Source of the DNA: a virus | Length of the DNA: 64,000 nucleotides | Direction: 5' to 3' (one strand) | IMG/VR virus record: IMGVR_UViG_3300006076_000001 | Coordinates: 1 to 64,000 of that record | Shown: positions 20,632 through 30,981 of the stretch, one piece after another | Numbering within the stretch: position 1 is the first letter of the stretch | Layout of the letters: each line of letters opens with the position of its first letter | Notes under the pieces: generated by a model | Told to the model about the DNA's origin: nothing | What the model saw: the letters and a program-made list of their open reading frames with translations, nothing else | Database searches by the model: none | Translations under genes and position numbers: made by a program

Positions 20632-21128
20632 CTACCTCTCCAAGTGTATGGCATACAGCCCAATGCTCTAGCCCTTGATGAGCCAGTTGATGCATAAGGA
20701 TTATTTGGAACAACCTTTCTAAATACTGACTTAGGTTTAGTAATATAGATTTGAGATTTAAGAGTTTGAGTCATCTCTTTACATTCATCTTTATAATGGT
20801 CTGCGATTTCTTTATATGCAGACATTTTATCTTCTACAGATAATTCATCAATTGAAATGTTAATTCCATTATGCATCCATTCTGATACCTGATGCATAAT
20901 AATATGATAGGCTGTCCCATAAATAAATGGATTTAACCACACATTATTTTCATCTGATAAAATGTCATCGATAGTAAAATGAGTGATTGGTTTAGAAAGA
21001 TTAATGCAACCTAATGCCATAATCATTGCATTTTCTACATCTGTATCAGAAATATTATTAATAAAATTGTCCTGAACATCTCTTCTAAGTAAATTAGATA
21101 CTAAATCTTTAAATTGTTCTCTCGTCAT
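20628..21128 (-). CDS. Putative head-tail adaptor/neck protein
   Basis: SDxDVxxAxxxAL..IN pattern, helical; synteny. Confidence 0.45.
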   Translation of the reverse strand: MTREQFKDLVSNLLRRDVQDNFINNISDTDVENAMIMALGCINLSKPITHFTIDDILSDENNVWLNPFIYGTAYHIIMHQVSEWMHNGINISIDELSVEDKMSAYKEIADHYKDECKEMTQTLKSQIYITKPKSVFRKVVPNNPYASTGSSRARALGCMPYTWRGR

Positions 21129-21781
21129 ATCACCATTCCTATTTCTAATAATTTTGTTTCATAATTATATCTGTCTAAAGACCTTAAAAACTCATCTGGG
21201 TTTATGTCTGGTCTTTCTCTTCTTATAAAGTTTTCAATTGCATCAAAAGTATCTTCAATAGGAACAATCTCATCAGTCAAGTATGCTGTTCTCTTTTTTC
21301 TTCTCTGTTTATATAAAGAGTATAATTTTGGATTACCTTTTTTCATCAATTGCTTAAAGGTCTTACCTCTTAAATAAGAAGCCACTTTAACACAATGCTT
21401 ACACAATTTATTCTTGAGTTCTGGGTCTCTAATTTTCGGATATCTCCACTCCTCAAAATCCAAATTGTAATCACCTATTGTAGCTATGTAAGCTGACCCC
21501 CAATATAAGAAAGCGGGACACTCACAGTGGAGTTTAATATCATCACCTAATGGTTTTAAAGTGTCTCTTGATTTAGGTTGATAATTTTCAAATTGAATAG
21601 AAACTAAATGACCTGAATTATTAGAATACTCCTCATAACACCTGACAAGCACAATCAATCTATGTTTAGATTTAATTTCATAATCAATGTCATAAACTTT
21701 ACAATTTTTAGCTCTCTGTCTGGTTTTATCAGGAGTATTTTTAACCAGTTCCATTAAAGTAATGGCAGAAAGAGACTTCAT
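21125..21781 (-). CDS. SWIM-type zinc finger protein
   Basis: HCECPAFLYWG ... P.IRDP....LCKH. Confidence 0.7.
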   Translation of the reverse strand: MKSLSAITLMELVKNTPDKTRQRAKNCKVYDIDYEIKSKHRLIVLVRCYEEYSNNSGHLVSIQFENYQPKSRDTLKPLGDDIKLHCECPAFLYWGSAYIATIGDYNLDFEEWRYPKIRDPELKNKLCKHCVKVASYLRGKTFKQLMKKGNPKLYSLYKQRRKKRTAYLTDEIVPIEDTFDAIENFIRRERPDINPDEFLRSLDRYNYETKLLEIGMVI

Positions 21782-22329
21782 TAAGAGTCTCCTCTAACTA
21801 ATTCTTTTAATTTATCTTTTGATAACTTCATTGCATTTTTTGGTAGTTCAATATTATGTGCTTTAGCATACTCAATTATTTCTTTTTTAGTCATATTATC
21901 TAAATTAACCTCTTCTTGTGCTTCTTCTTGGCTTTCTTCTGTATTTTCTTTGTTTTCTTCTGTATCTTCAGCTATATCAGTAGCTGAAGTATCTTTTTGT
22001 GCTTCTTCTTGGTTTTCTTGTGGCTCTTCTTTTTTAGTGTCATCATCGATTTTTCCAAGAATCTCCCCATCAGTTGCTGGTGGTTTAATCCCACTTCTTG
22101 TAGTTATTTTTTCATTGTCGTCTTCAATTTTGTCAAGTGGAACACCGAACTCATCTAAACCTTTTTGATTAGACACTCCATCTTTAATTGGTTTATCAGT
22201 TAAAATCCCCATTTTAATAAATGTTTCTAAAGTGTCTTTGTCAAATCTGTCAGCTGATACTTCATCACCTACTCTGTAACTATAAATCCCATAAGAAAAC
22301 GATTTCTTTGCATAATAAACTTTAGCCAT
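21781..22329 (-). CDS. Acidic protein with C-terminal Rho-N/HeH-like motif
   Basis: LDNMTKKEIIEYAKAHNIEL...KLSKDKL; long E/D-rich linker. Confidence 0.6.
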   Translation of the reverse strand: MAKVYYAKKSFSYGIYSYRVGDEVSADRFDKDTLETFIKMGILTDKPIKDGVSNQKGLDEFGVPLDKIEDDNEKITTRSGIKPPATDGEILGKIDDDTKKEEPQENQEEAQKDTSATDIAEDTEENKENTEESQEEAQEEVNLDNMTKKEIIEYAKAHNIELPKNAMKLSKDKLKELVRGDS

Positions 22330-23148
22330 TTAACTTTCTCCTTTCTGATTTTTTGCATTCTTTTTTAATTTCTCATTAAACAAATCATTAATTTCCTTAA
22401 TCCATCTTGATAAAAACTTATCTTCTGCCTCTTCTAAATATTTATTATCACCAGTTTCTTTATACTTATTAATCAACTCATTAAATTGGTATAGTTCCAT
22501 CCAATTCCAATGAAATTGTTGTAACCAAGTCCAGTACCAATGTGATTTCTCTGAATAGGTATTTGGGTCAAAATTAAAATACTTGCCTATTATAAAGTCT
22601 ATATATCCATTTAATTCTAATTCTCTAAGAGACCTATTTCTAAAAGTAGCTAAATACATTGGCTCTCTCGATGTTAAAGTTGCAATATAAGGCTCTTGAT
22701 TGGCTATGTCACCATTTGTTATAAGAAATGGTTGATTTATACCAAACTCTTTCTTTAAATCTATTATAACGGGAGTAACATTACATTTATCTTTATACTT
22801 ACAGTCAAAACAACCTTGTCTTATACAATAATAATACTTATCCTCCAATCTAAATAAAATAAAGTTTTCTTTCTTCTGTTCCTCCGTAGGAACTATTCTT
22901 TTATAAACCCTTTTATCTCTTCTATCAGCTAGATATTTACCATCATCATACTCCACAAAGTCTTCTGGTCTGTCTCCGCTACCAACCACTCTTCTAAAAG
23001 CTGGATTATCATTCTTTTCTACTTCGTATTCTTCCTCTGTCACTTTAATGTAATCTGGCAACTCTCCTAAATCTGGGTCATAATACCAATCACCATTAAT
23101 ATAAACAATAGGTAAATCATCTAATTTAAATAACGGATTTAGTGCCAT
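22330..23148 (-). CDS. Split family A DNA polymerase fragment carrying motif A
   Basis: DLKKEF...GDIANQEPYIATLTSREPMYLATF (GDIANQEPYIA at 22681-22713) aligns with PolA IRxxF...ADYSQ(I/Q)E(L/P)RIxAHLSxDxxLxxAF; supplies the only motif missing from the other three fragments. Confidence 0.72.
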   Translation of the reverse strand: MALNPLFKLDDLPIVYINGDWYYDPDLGELPDYIKVTEEEYEVEKNDNPAFRRVVGSGDRPEDFVEYDDGKYLADRRDKRVYKRIVPTEEQKKENFILFRLEDKYYYCIRQGCFDCKYKDKCNVTPVIIDLKKEFGINQPFLITNGDIANQEPYIATLTSREPMYLATFRNRSLRELELNGYIDFIIGKYFNFDPNTYSEKSHWYWTWLQQFHWNWMELYQFNELINKYKETGDNKYLEEAEDKFLSRWIKEINDLFNEKLKKNAKNQKGES

Positions 23149-23149
23149 T

Positions 23150-23989
23150 TTATTTGTCTCCTTTTATTAAGTTAGTCAAAATAGATTCTATTTCATCAAA
23201 TTTATAATAAGGTATTCTGATTAAATTAATCTTGTTTGCTTTAGCATAATTATTTTTAATTTTATCTCTTTTCTGAATGTTTTCAAGCTCCTCTTTTCCA
23301 CCAAAATTGTTATTTGGTTTAAAATGCTGTTCTCCGTCATACTCAATCAAAACATTATAATCTGGCAAATAAAAATCGAAATAATAACTTTTATTATCGA
23401 TAAGCACTTTATATTGGTGAGTATAATTAATGTTATGCCTATCTAAAAAGTGTTTTATCTTAAGTTCCCCCTTAGACAATTTACAATAAATACAACCAAA
23501 TTGTTCTTTATGTAAATGGTTTTTCACACTTTGATAAAATAGTCCGTGTTGAGGACAAATGATTGATATCTTTGTGTGTACCCCTTTATAATGCTGTCCC
23601 CACCAAATTTCATTAAATGGATAAGTGTATCTATTATTATGGATTTTGTTGGCTCTAACAATAAACTCTTGATAAGTAAGTTTTTTCTCTATATTAAGAC
23701 AATTGAGACATTGATGTCCCTCAAGATGTTTATTGATTCTTCTATTAAAAATAGCCCCACATACCTCACATTTTAATGGAACTTTATCCTTAAAAGAAGT
23801 AATATTATTAAGCCACCAATCTAAATCAAACTGGTAAGAGATGGTATCATATAGCCTGTTGTGTTTTTCCACAAAATAATAATATTTAAACTCTTTTGAA
23901 AGATACCTGATAACATTAGACCCCAATTTAAGGTCTCTTTGATTTTTAAGAAACAAAATCCAACTATTTATATCCATATCTTTAAACAT
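23150..23989 (-). CDS. Free-standing putative homing endonuclease: 2 zinc repeats + DUF559/Vsr-like PD-(D/E)xK domain
   Basis: ICPQHGLFYQ..HL..GC..C repeat; SKGE..I...YYFDFYLPDYN..IEYDGEQHF...RD..K...LIRIPY. Confidence 0.8.
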   Translation of the reverse strand: MFKDMDINSWILFLKNQRDLKLGSNVIRYLSKEFKYYYFVEKHNRLYDTISYQFDLDWWLNNITSFKDKVPLKCEVCGAIFNRRINKHLEGHQCLNCLNIEKKLTYQEFIVRANKIHNNRYTYPFNEIWWGQHYKGVHTKISIICPQHGLFYQSVKNHLHKEQFGCIYCKLSKGELKIKHFLDRHNINYTHQYKVLIDNKSYYFDFYLPDYNVLIEYDGEQHFKPNNNFGGKEELENIQKRDKIKNNYAKANKINLIRIPYYKFDEIESILTNLIKGDK

Positions 23990-23990
23990 T

Positions 23991-25814
23991 TTAACCTTTT
24001 TTTAGATTATTTATAAATTCATTAAATTTTGGATAAGGTTTAACTCTAACTGTCCCTAATTTAAATGTGTTTTTATTTTCATAATTAATTATAAATAACT
24101 TATCCATTGGTCTAGTAATAGCTGTATAGAATACAGAATAAGTGGAATCATCAAACTCAAATGATGTATCACACATATCTGTAACAAAAACAATTTTGTT
24201 TTCAAGTCCCTTATATTGATGTATAGTCGTCATTTCGATTTTATCTGAGTTCTCTTCATCATAATCTTCTATTCTCTGAACTATGTTAAACACTAATTCT
24301 TCTATGTCAGTAATACCCTCCTCTTCTATTAATTGCTTAATAAAATTAGAAAATGTTTTTAATGCTATGTTTAATTGTTTTTCTGTAAATAACGATTGTT
24401 TAAAATGTTGCTCCGCAAATGACTTTAAAAATGAGTTAAGTATAATTAAATCCTTAACCGATTTTAGGTTATGTCTTCTTGCATTTAGAATAGAAATAAA
24501 TTCATCGATTTTGTCTCTTTTTGGGTCATTAATAGATGGGTTTGCAAGTAATCTATTTTTAAATGATTCCCCTATACCAATCCAATAATCTGAAATTGAA
24601 TAGATGTATAACTTATTACCAGAAATAAGATACTGGTAAACCGAAATAAAAAAGTTGTTAATAGGGACTTCAAAAAATTTTCTTTTGTATAATGGTGTCC
24701 TAACTTTATAGGGTAAATTAGCCCTAACAAATGACGGCTCAAGGATAGTCTTAATAAAAGAAGACTTCCTAACTAAAATAACAAAATCTTTAAATTTTAG
24801 AGTTGGGTCTTGCTGTCTAAGTTCTCTAATTTGTTTAACTATAAAATTACCGACTTGAGTATCTATTTTTAAAGTAGTAATTTTAACTGCCCCTTTAGTT
24901 TCTGGTCTGTATGGAATAGCAACTAAATCATCTACCAACTCTCTATACTTATTAGAAACTTTAACTATAATCCCATCAGACCTATAATTATAAGGTAAGC
25001 TTAATTTAAAAATTTGTTTTTCTTTCCCGAAGTATTGTTCTGGGTTATCCATAGGCTCTGAATAGGCATACCTAAAAGAGTATAACTTTTGCATATTATC
25101 ATAAATTAGAATTATAGAAGCATTAGGAAACAAACTTTCTAAAATAAAATGATTTGCTTTTGATGCATCTTGTGCTTCATCGTGAAAAACATATTTAACT
25201 TGTTTATCAATCATTTCTGGTAAAAGCACCTTTTCAGAAACTAAATCATCAAAATCTAATAAATTATTCTTTTTCTTATATAACTCATACCAATTATAAA
25301 CCATTTTAAAATTTTTCTCCGTAAATGGAACAGTATCGTTAAAAAATTGCCATAATGATTTCTCATTAGGGTCAATTAAATTTGCTCTAAAAAATGATAG
25401 ATAATTAAAAAATTGTTGAGCGTATGCTGTCCCCTCTTTTTTAGTTTGATAATAGATTCCTGCTTGTGGTAAATAATCTCTAATTAATTTTGTAGATTCC
25501 CACTCTGTCAAGACAGTAACTTTTGGAAAAAGTTGTCTATATTTATTATAGACAATGGAATGAATTGTCCCTACAATTACTCCCTCAATCCCTTGTTTTT
25601 TTAATTTTCTCTTAGCCTGAGAACCCATTCTATTAGAAAAAGTAGCTAAAACAATTTGTTCTGGTTTGACACCGCTATCTATTAGTTTTTCTATTTTAGC
25701 TACTGAAGAAGTAGATTTACCAGCACCCGCTACTGCTTTTACTAAAAGAACGGATTTATCTGGCAAATCAAAATCAATGTATTTTTGTTGAAATTCATCA
25801 AATTTAATTGACAT
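23991..25814 (-). CDS. UvrD/Rep-like superfamily 1 helicase
   Basis: AVAGAGKS, GTIHS, DEAQD, NYRS, TIHQYKGLE, YTAITR. Confidence 0.92.
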   Translation of the reverse strand: MSIKFDEFQQKYIDFDLPDKSVLLVKAVAGAGKSTSSVAKIEKLIDSGVKPEQIVLATFSNRMGSQAKRKLKKQGIEGVIVGTIHSIVYNKYRQLFPKVTVLTEWESTKLIRDYLPQAGIYYQTKKEGTAYAQQFFNYLSFFRANLIDPNEKSLWQFFNDTVPFTEKNFKMVYNWYELYKKKNNLLDFDDLVSEKVLLPEMIDKQVKYVFHDEAQDASKANHFILESLFPNASIILIYDNMQKLYSFRYAYSEPMDNPEQYFGKEKQIFKLSLPYNYRSDGIIVKVSNKYRELVDDLVAIPYRPETKGAVKITTLKIDTQVGNFIVKQIRELRQQDPTLKFKDFVILVRKSSFIKTILEPSFVRANLPYKVRTPLYKRKFFEVPINNFFISVYQYLISGNKLYIYSISDYWIGIGESFKNRLLANPSINDPKRDKIDEFISILNARRHNLKSVKDLIILNSFLKSFAEQHFKQSLFTEKQLNIALKTFSNFIKQLIEEEGITDIEELVFNIVQRIEDYDEENSDKIEMTTIHQYKGLENKIVFVTDMCDTSFEFDDSTYSVFYTAITRPMDKLFIINYENKNTFKLGTVRVKPYPKFNEFINNLKKG

Positions 25815-25846
25815 AAAGACTCCTTATAAGAGGGTATAAGAGGAAA

Positions 25847-26170
25847 TTAAGCCTCTTTAAAAGCTTTGAAGACTTTATTTGTTACTGGTTTTAAATAATT
25901 TTCATAGTATTTTGGATGGTCTTTTTTAAAATTAGTTGTATCAAATCTGTTTTGAACTACTAATTCTAATTGTAATTTGTATTCATCTACTTCAAGTAGA
26001 TATTTTAATTCATCTTCTTGAATGTTTTTCTCAAAATATTCTTTTAAGAATTCATCTTTTAAAGCTTTGATTTCTTTATCTAATTCTCTTTTTTGTTCTA
26101 CTAGTTTAAGATATTTATCTATTTTAGCTTTTAATTGGTCTTTATTTTTTGTTGCTGTTAATTTTTTCAT
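25847..26170 (-). CDS. Hypothetical coiled-coil protein
   Basis: RFDTTNFKKDHPKYY motif common in phage proteins; good RBS. Confidence 0.55.
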   Translation of the reverse strand: MKKLTATKNKDQLKAKIDKYLKLVEQKRELDKEIKALKDEFLKEYFEKNIQEDELKYLLEVDEYKLQLELVVQNRFDTTNFKKDHPKYYENYLKPVTNKVFKAFKEA

Positions 26171-26237
26171 TTCCGACTCCTTTCTGACTTATTTTTCTTA
26201 TTCTTTTATAGGAAACAATTGGAAAATCTTTAATATG

Positions 26238-26966
26238 TCAAATGTTTATCTCTTTAGCCATAGCATCAACTAATTTCATTGGGACTTGTCTATCATAATC
26301 TTTAATAATTTTACCAGCTAACATAGCGTGAGTAGAACTATTGAAACCAGAACTTAATTGCTTTGGTTTATTATATTCATCTACTAAAAAGAATGGTCTA
26401 CCATTTACATAAGAAGTATAAATAGTTCCCTCTTTACCATAAGCTGGTTTTGGCTCAAATGTATAAACTTTTTTAAATCCAATCCAATTATTACAGCATT
26501 TATTTGTTCCTACCAAATAACCCCTTTGTTTAGTATTAGGGTCTAATGCACCTTTAGGTAGAATTAACACACTGTCTTGTCTGTATTTTACACCTAATCT
26601 GATTAAATCTCTCTTTAAATTTCCAGTATTTTTACAATCAACTACAAATATAAAGTCTTCCGTAACTTCTCTACCACCCTCTGGGTATTTACCTTTAACT
26701 TTAGTTATACAATACCCCTTAGCTCTCAATTCAGTAGCTAAAGCTTTACTTAGTTTTTTAATTTCATCTTTTGATAGTTTTCTTGGTTGTCCCTTTACTG
26801 GTCTACCCCATTCATCAGTAGGACAAGGTTTATCAGTTTCGTTACCTAAATCGTCTGTCTCGTACCCGCAATTATCATACTTTCTCGAAGCTGAAATTAC
26901 ACCAGCATCATACTTTTGATTCCATTCTAAAAGTCTTGATAACCCAGATGCATTTAAATGAATCAT
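26238..26966 (-). CDS. Conserved phage hypothetical protein (possible internal head protein)
   Basis: GLSRL...GVISASR...GKYPE...LGxKYxQDSVL pattern; MIHLNA N-terminus. Confidence 0.5.
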   Translation of the reverse strand: MIHLNASGLSRLLEWNQKYDAGVISASRKYDNCGYETDDLGNETDKPCPTDEWGRPVKGQPRKLSKDEIKKLSKALATELRAKGYCITKVKGKYPEGGREVTEDFIFVVDCKNTGNLKRDLIRLGVKYRQDSVLILPKGALDPNTKQRGYLVGTNKCCNNWIGFKKVYTFEPKPAYGKEGTIYTSYVNGRPFFLVDEYNKPKQLSSGFNSSTHAMLAGKIIKDYDRQVPMKLVDAMAKEINI

Positions 26967-27030
26967 TTAATCTCCTTTCTCTAAAGTTTTTCTATTTATT
27001 TTTAATGTATAAAAAATGCACTCTTAATAC

Positions 27031-28461
27031 TTAAAGATTAATTTCTTCTATGATGGCTGTAATTTCTTCCTCTGATGTTTCTTCATCTTCAAAAATAAAC
27101 CAACCTGTATTAGGATTAATTCTAGCTAGGATACCCTCATCTGGCAACCCTGCTGACTCTCTATGTAATACACTACCTATTTTAACTAAATTAGCTTTTC
27201 TCATTTGAGAATTAGTAGCTAAATACAAGATAGAAGTACAAGATTTTTCAAATTCAGAGTAACTACCTATATCAGCTAAATTTAAGGATAAATTTTCTAC
27301 CTCTTTAATTGCCGTAATTTTATTAAACCCAGCTCTGTTTGCTTGAATAGGTGTAATTACTACAAACCCCTCTTCTAATGCAAATAATCTCAAAGCTTTT
27401 ATCATATTATTAACTTCAATAATATCCGCTTTTCTTCTCAAAGTAGGAACAATTAATGTTAAGTAGTCTATTGCCACATAATCTAAAGTCTTGCCTTTTA
27501 ATTCCAAATAATTTTTGTATTCAAGTATATCAGCCTTTAAATCATCAAATGTGTATACCTTTGTAGGAAATACAATAGACAGCTCTCCCATTTTAGGAGA
27601 ATTAACAAAATCTGAAATAACATCAAGGTAAAATTGCTCTTCCTCTGGAGTAAGTTGTTTTCTGTTTATTCTATGATAAGTTAGGCTTGGTTTATCCCAA
27701 CCCCACCTGTCTGAATTATTTGCGTGTAAGGTATATAAATGTCTTTTTATAGTTTTTTCGTTCATTTCTAATGAAATAAATAGCCCATTTTTATTCTGGA
27801 TTATTTGATTATAAACCAAAAATCTTAACATATAAGATTTAAATGATTTAGCACTACCAAGTAACCCTATAAATTCATCTCCCTTTTTGATACCACCTGT
27901 TATTTCATCTAAAAGAGGAATACCCCACTGAGACATAAAATAAGTATCATTTTGCTGTTGTAAAAATGCTTTTTCTTCTGAAACTGCTGATTCATCTTTC
28001 AAGTTTTCTATCTTCTTAGTATCAGATGAAGTAACTTGTAGGTAATCATTTAAATCGTTAATCACCTCTTTTATTTTCTGCTCTATTTCTTCCAAAGAGA
28101 TTTTAGACATATCTTCTTTAAATTTATCTAAAAGGTCTAAAATCTTATACTTCAAGTTAAAATTAAGTTGTTGTTTTACCAATGCTGGTAATGGGTCTTG
28201 TGGAGTTTCTGTCTCAACTATTTCAGATAATACCTTTGATTCCTCTTTATAAGAAGAGTCCATTATAAACAATGATTCTAAATAATCTAAAGTAGGGACT
28301 GCACCATATTTAATAACATAGTCTGTTATTATTTTAAAAAAGTTTTTATATAAATCTTCACTGAATACAAAGTCTGCAACCTTATTTAATTTATTAATAA
28401 TTTCAATAGTAGTGTGTTCTCTGTCTTTAATGATTTTAGTTAAAATTTTTACTTCGTTCAT
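27031..28461 (-). CDS. DnaB-like replicative helicase
   Basis: GIPLLDEITGG, Walker A GSAKSFKS, FISLEM, IDYLTLI, TPIQANR. Confidence 0.88.
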   Translation of the reverse strand: MNEVKILTKIIKDREHTTIEIINKLNKVADFVFSEDLYKNFFKIITDYVIKYGAVPTLDYLESLFIMDSSYKEESKVLSEIVETETPQDPLPALVKQQLNFNLKYKILDLLDKFKEDMSKISLEEIEQKIKEVINDLNDYLQVTSSDTKKIENLKDESAVSEEKAFLQQQNDTYFMSQWGIPLLDEITGGIKKGDEFIGLLGSAKSFKSYMLRFLVYNQIIQNKNGLFISLEMNEKTIKRHLYTLHANNSDRWGWDKPSLTYHRINRKQLTPEEEQFYLDVISDFVNSPKMGELSIVFPTKVYTFDDLKADILEYKNYLELKGKTLDYVAIDYLTLIVPTLRRKADIIEVNNMIKALRLFALEEGFVVITPIQANRAGFNKITAIKEVENLSLNLADIGSYSEFEKSCTSILYLATNSQMRKANLVKIGSVLHRESAGLPDEGILARINPNTGWFIFEDEETSEEEITAIIEEINL

Positions 28462-28485
28462 CTTTCTACCACCTTTTTCTGATTT

Positions 28486-28538
28486 CTTTCTGGTATTTTT
28501 CTTTTAAGAAGAAAATGTATCAGCTATAAACATAGCTA
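28486..28538 (+). repeat. Dispersed ~53-bp intergenic element, copy 2
   Basis: CTTTCTGGTATTT-N23-AGCTA-N6-TAGCTA; spacing identical to copy 3. Confidence 0.65.
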
Positions 28539-28552
28539 CTATATTATCAATG

Positions 28553-29212
28553 TTATTTTTCTTTGTCTTTTATAAAGAACTTTTTATTATCAAAAGTTAG
28601 TTTTTTATCTGCGATAACAAATGATGTAATTAAATAATTATAAGTTAGCACACCATATTTATCTTGAATATATTCTTTCTTACTTGATGAGTCTTTAACT
28701 AGTGGGTTTTCCCAAACAACTATTGTTTGTAATGATTGAGATATTCTGTTACCTATAATATGAGGCATTATATCTTGAAGATATTGATTTTTAAAATCAT
28801 TACCGAATGAAATGATTAATAAGTCATACTTAAGAACATCTTGTTGTAAATTAACATCATCAGAAATAAAAATGTCAAATATCTCTTTACCTGAAAGGTA
28901 GTTAATAGTAGCCGTTTTATGTTTTATGATGAAATGAGTAACATATAGTTTAAGAAATTGTTTATAAGATATATTACTCTTCCCATCACTTGAGAATAAC
29001 AAATTACCACCAAAATATAAACTAGAGTCATAAACCTGCTGGTCGATTTGCATCTTTTTAAATTGGTCTGGCACTTTAACCGATTTCAATCTCAATGGCA
29101 TATTAGCATCTATTAATTTGTTTATTACACATTTACAGACTTTACCATTAACAAAGCCTGTATCATTACAGATGTCACAAAAATTTGAAGTCATTTTCCT
29201 ACTCCCTTTCAA
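28553..29212 (-). CDS. DnaC/IstB-like helicase loader with degenerate ATPase
   Basis: N-terminal CDICNDTG..CKC zinc ribbon; DLLIISFG at the Walker B position; IIGNR; directly upstream of the helicase. Confidence 0.65.
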   Translation of the reverse strand: MKGSRKMTSNFCDICNDTGFVNGKVCKCVINKLIDANMPLRLKSVKVPDQFKKMQIDQQVYDSSLYFGGNLLFSSDGKSNISYKQFLKLYVTHFIIKHKTATINYLSGKEIFDIFISDDVNLQQDVLKYDLLIISFGNDFKNQYLQDIMPHIIGNRISQSLQTIVVWENPLVKDSSSKKEYIQDKYGVLTYNYLITSFVIADKKLTFDNKKFFIKDKEK

Positions 29213-29250
29213 ATTTTATTTGCCTTTTATAAAATAAAGGCATAAAAGGA

Positions 29251-30891
29251 TTAATTATAAGACTTTTTCCACTCCCATTTAAAATTACCAGAATTATAAA
29301 CTCTGATTAGTCCCATTTTATCTGTTATTTCTCTTTCTGTCATATCTTCAGAAACCCAATCCGCCATTTTTAATAATCTCTTCTTTTGAAAAAGTCTTCT
29401 ATGTTTTCTAATTAAATCTTTATTAAAATAAAAATAAGTAGGAACAGTAATATGGACGAATTTAAACCCGTTCTTACCATAAACTACATTATCTTTGATA
29501 TTATTTAAATCAATGTGGGAAAATGTAGTTACCCAATTTGGATTATATTTAGATATAAAATGCTTAAATAATTTAGAAAAGCCTCCCACGATTATAAAGT
29601 CTTGTTTATTTGCAAACTTATCTATCTCCCATCTGTCTTCTTGTTTCCAGTATTTAATTGATATTAAAGAGATTATAGTGTTATCATACTTTAATGCAAG
29701 AAATAATTTAGCTGGAGCAAATCCATCAATGTGGTTTTCATCTAAAAAATTCTTAGCGGTGTTGTAATCCACCTCTTCAACTTTACACTTTCTAGCATAG
29801 ACTCTATTTTTAACTTTACCTAACTTTTGCCTAATAAAAGATTTAACTATATTATTTTTATATAACCACCAGTCTTCCCAAATGTGTATAAGAGTTATAC
29901 CTTTATTAGCAAAGTATAATGATTTTTCTTGATGATACTTTTTAGGTTTATTAATATCGGAATGCCAAAAAATACCATTATATTCAAACCCTATGTTTAA
30001 TTCTGGAATAAACACATCGATTTCATACTTATTATCTTTGTATTTAGTAGTGTTAAAGCCTAATGATTCAATAAATTGTCTAAGCTCTTCTTCCCCTTTA
30101 GAATAATTACTAGCACATTTGGGACACCCATATCCAGATAAATGATTATCAATAATTTGTTTAAATTCTCCGTGAATAGGACAAATAATAGTAACTTCGG
30201 TATCTTTTCTTTTATTATAACTCCTATCCCACCAATTTTTACCAACAGGATAAGTGTATTTGTTATTATGAGTTCTAATAGCTCTTTCAATAAACTCTTG
30301 ATAGGATAATCGTTTGGAATCGTTTGATTTTTCTCTACCACACTCAGGACAACCCTCTCCTCTTAAATGAGCGTTCACACTCTGCATAAATTCTCCGTGA
30401 ATAGGACAGATAATGGGGACTTTCTGACTATGATTTTTGTAATTTTCTTGCCACCAGTTATTATCAAAAGGGTATTGATACCTATTATTATGAACTCTTT
30501 TTGCTTTATTAATAAAGTCTTGGTATGATAATCTATGCTTTTTAATTGAGTTTATTCTACCACACTCAGGACAACCTTTACCACTTAAATGACCTAAAAT
30601 ACTCTGTTTAAATTCTCCGTGAATAGGACAGATAATAGGTATCTTTGTATTTTTATCTTTATAATTAATAACAAACCAATCAAATGTAAATTGAGAATAA
30701 TTGTATCTATTATTATGAGTTTTTTCTAATTTTTCTCTAACCAAATAATATTGGAACTCTTTTGGCAACTTGGAAATAGTAATAGGGTTTATGGATTTAA
30801 GTTTTTCTATTGGTTGTTTGTCTAACCAATCAATCCACTTATTTATATCAGAAAGGTTATCTGTAAGTTGTTTTATTTCTGATAACTTCAT
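29251..30891 (-). CDS. Putative homing endonuclease: 3 zinc repeats + Hef-like nuclease C-terminus
   Basis: ICPIHGEF repeats; EIDVFIPELNIGFEYNGIFWHS, IWEDWW, YARKC, GGFSKLFKHF, YNSGNFKW. Confidence 0.8.
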   Translation of the reverse strand: MKLSEIKQLTDNLSDINKWIDWLDKQPIEKLKSINPITISKLPKEFQYYLVREKLEKTHNNRYNYSQFTFDWFVINYKDKNTKIPIICPIHGEFKQSILGHLSGKGCPECGRINSIKKHRLSYQDFINKAKRVHNNRYQYPFDNNWWQENYKNHSQKVPIICPIHGEFMQSVNAHLRGEGCPECGREKSNDSKRLSYQEFIERAIRTHNNKYTYPVGKNWWDRSYNKRKDTEVTIICPIHGEFKQIIDNHLSGYGCPKCASNYSKGEEELRQFIESLGFNTTKYKDNKYEIDVFIPELNIGFEYNGIFWHSDINKPKKYHQEKSLYFANKGITLIHIWEDWWLYKNNIVKSFIRQKLGKVKNRVYARKCKVEEVDYNTAKNFLDENHIDGFAPAKLFLALKYDNTIISLISIKYWKQEDRWEIDKFANKQDFIIVGGFSKLFKHFISKYNPNWVTTFSHIDLNNIKDNVVYGKNGFKFVHITVPTYFYFNKDLIRKHRRLFQKKRLLKMADWVSEDMTEREITDKMGLIRVYNSGNFKWEWKKSYN

Positions 30892-30954
30892 ATTATTCTC
30901 CTATTTTTCTTTCTGACTCTTTTATAACAATAAATTAAATTGGATTTAATAGTG

Positions 30955-30981
30955 AAAAGAAGAAAATCCTCAAAGAGGATT
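30955..30981 (-). terminator. Probable intrinsic terminator after the major capsid gene
   Basis: TCCTC-TTT-GAGGA followed by TTTTCTTCTTTT on the minus strand. Confidence 0.5.
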
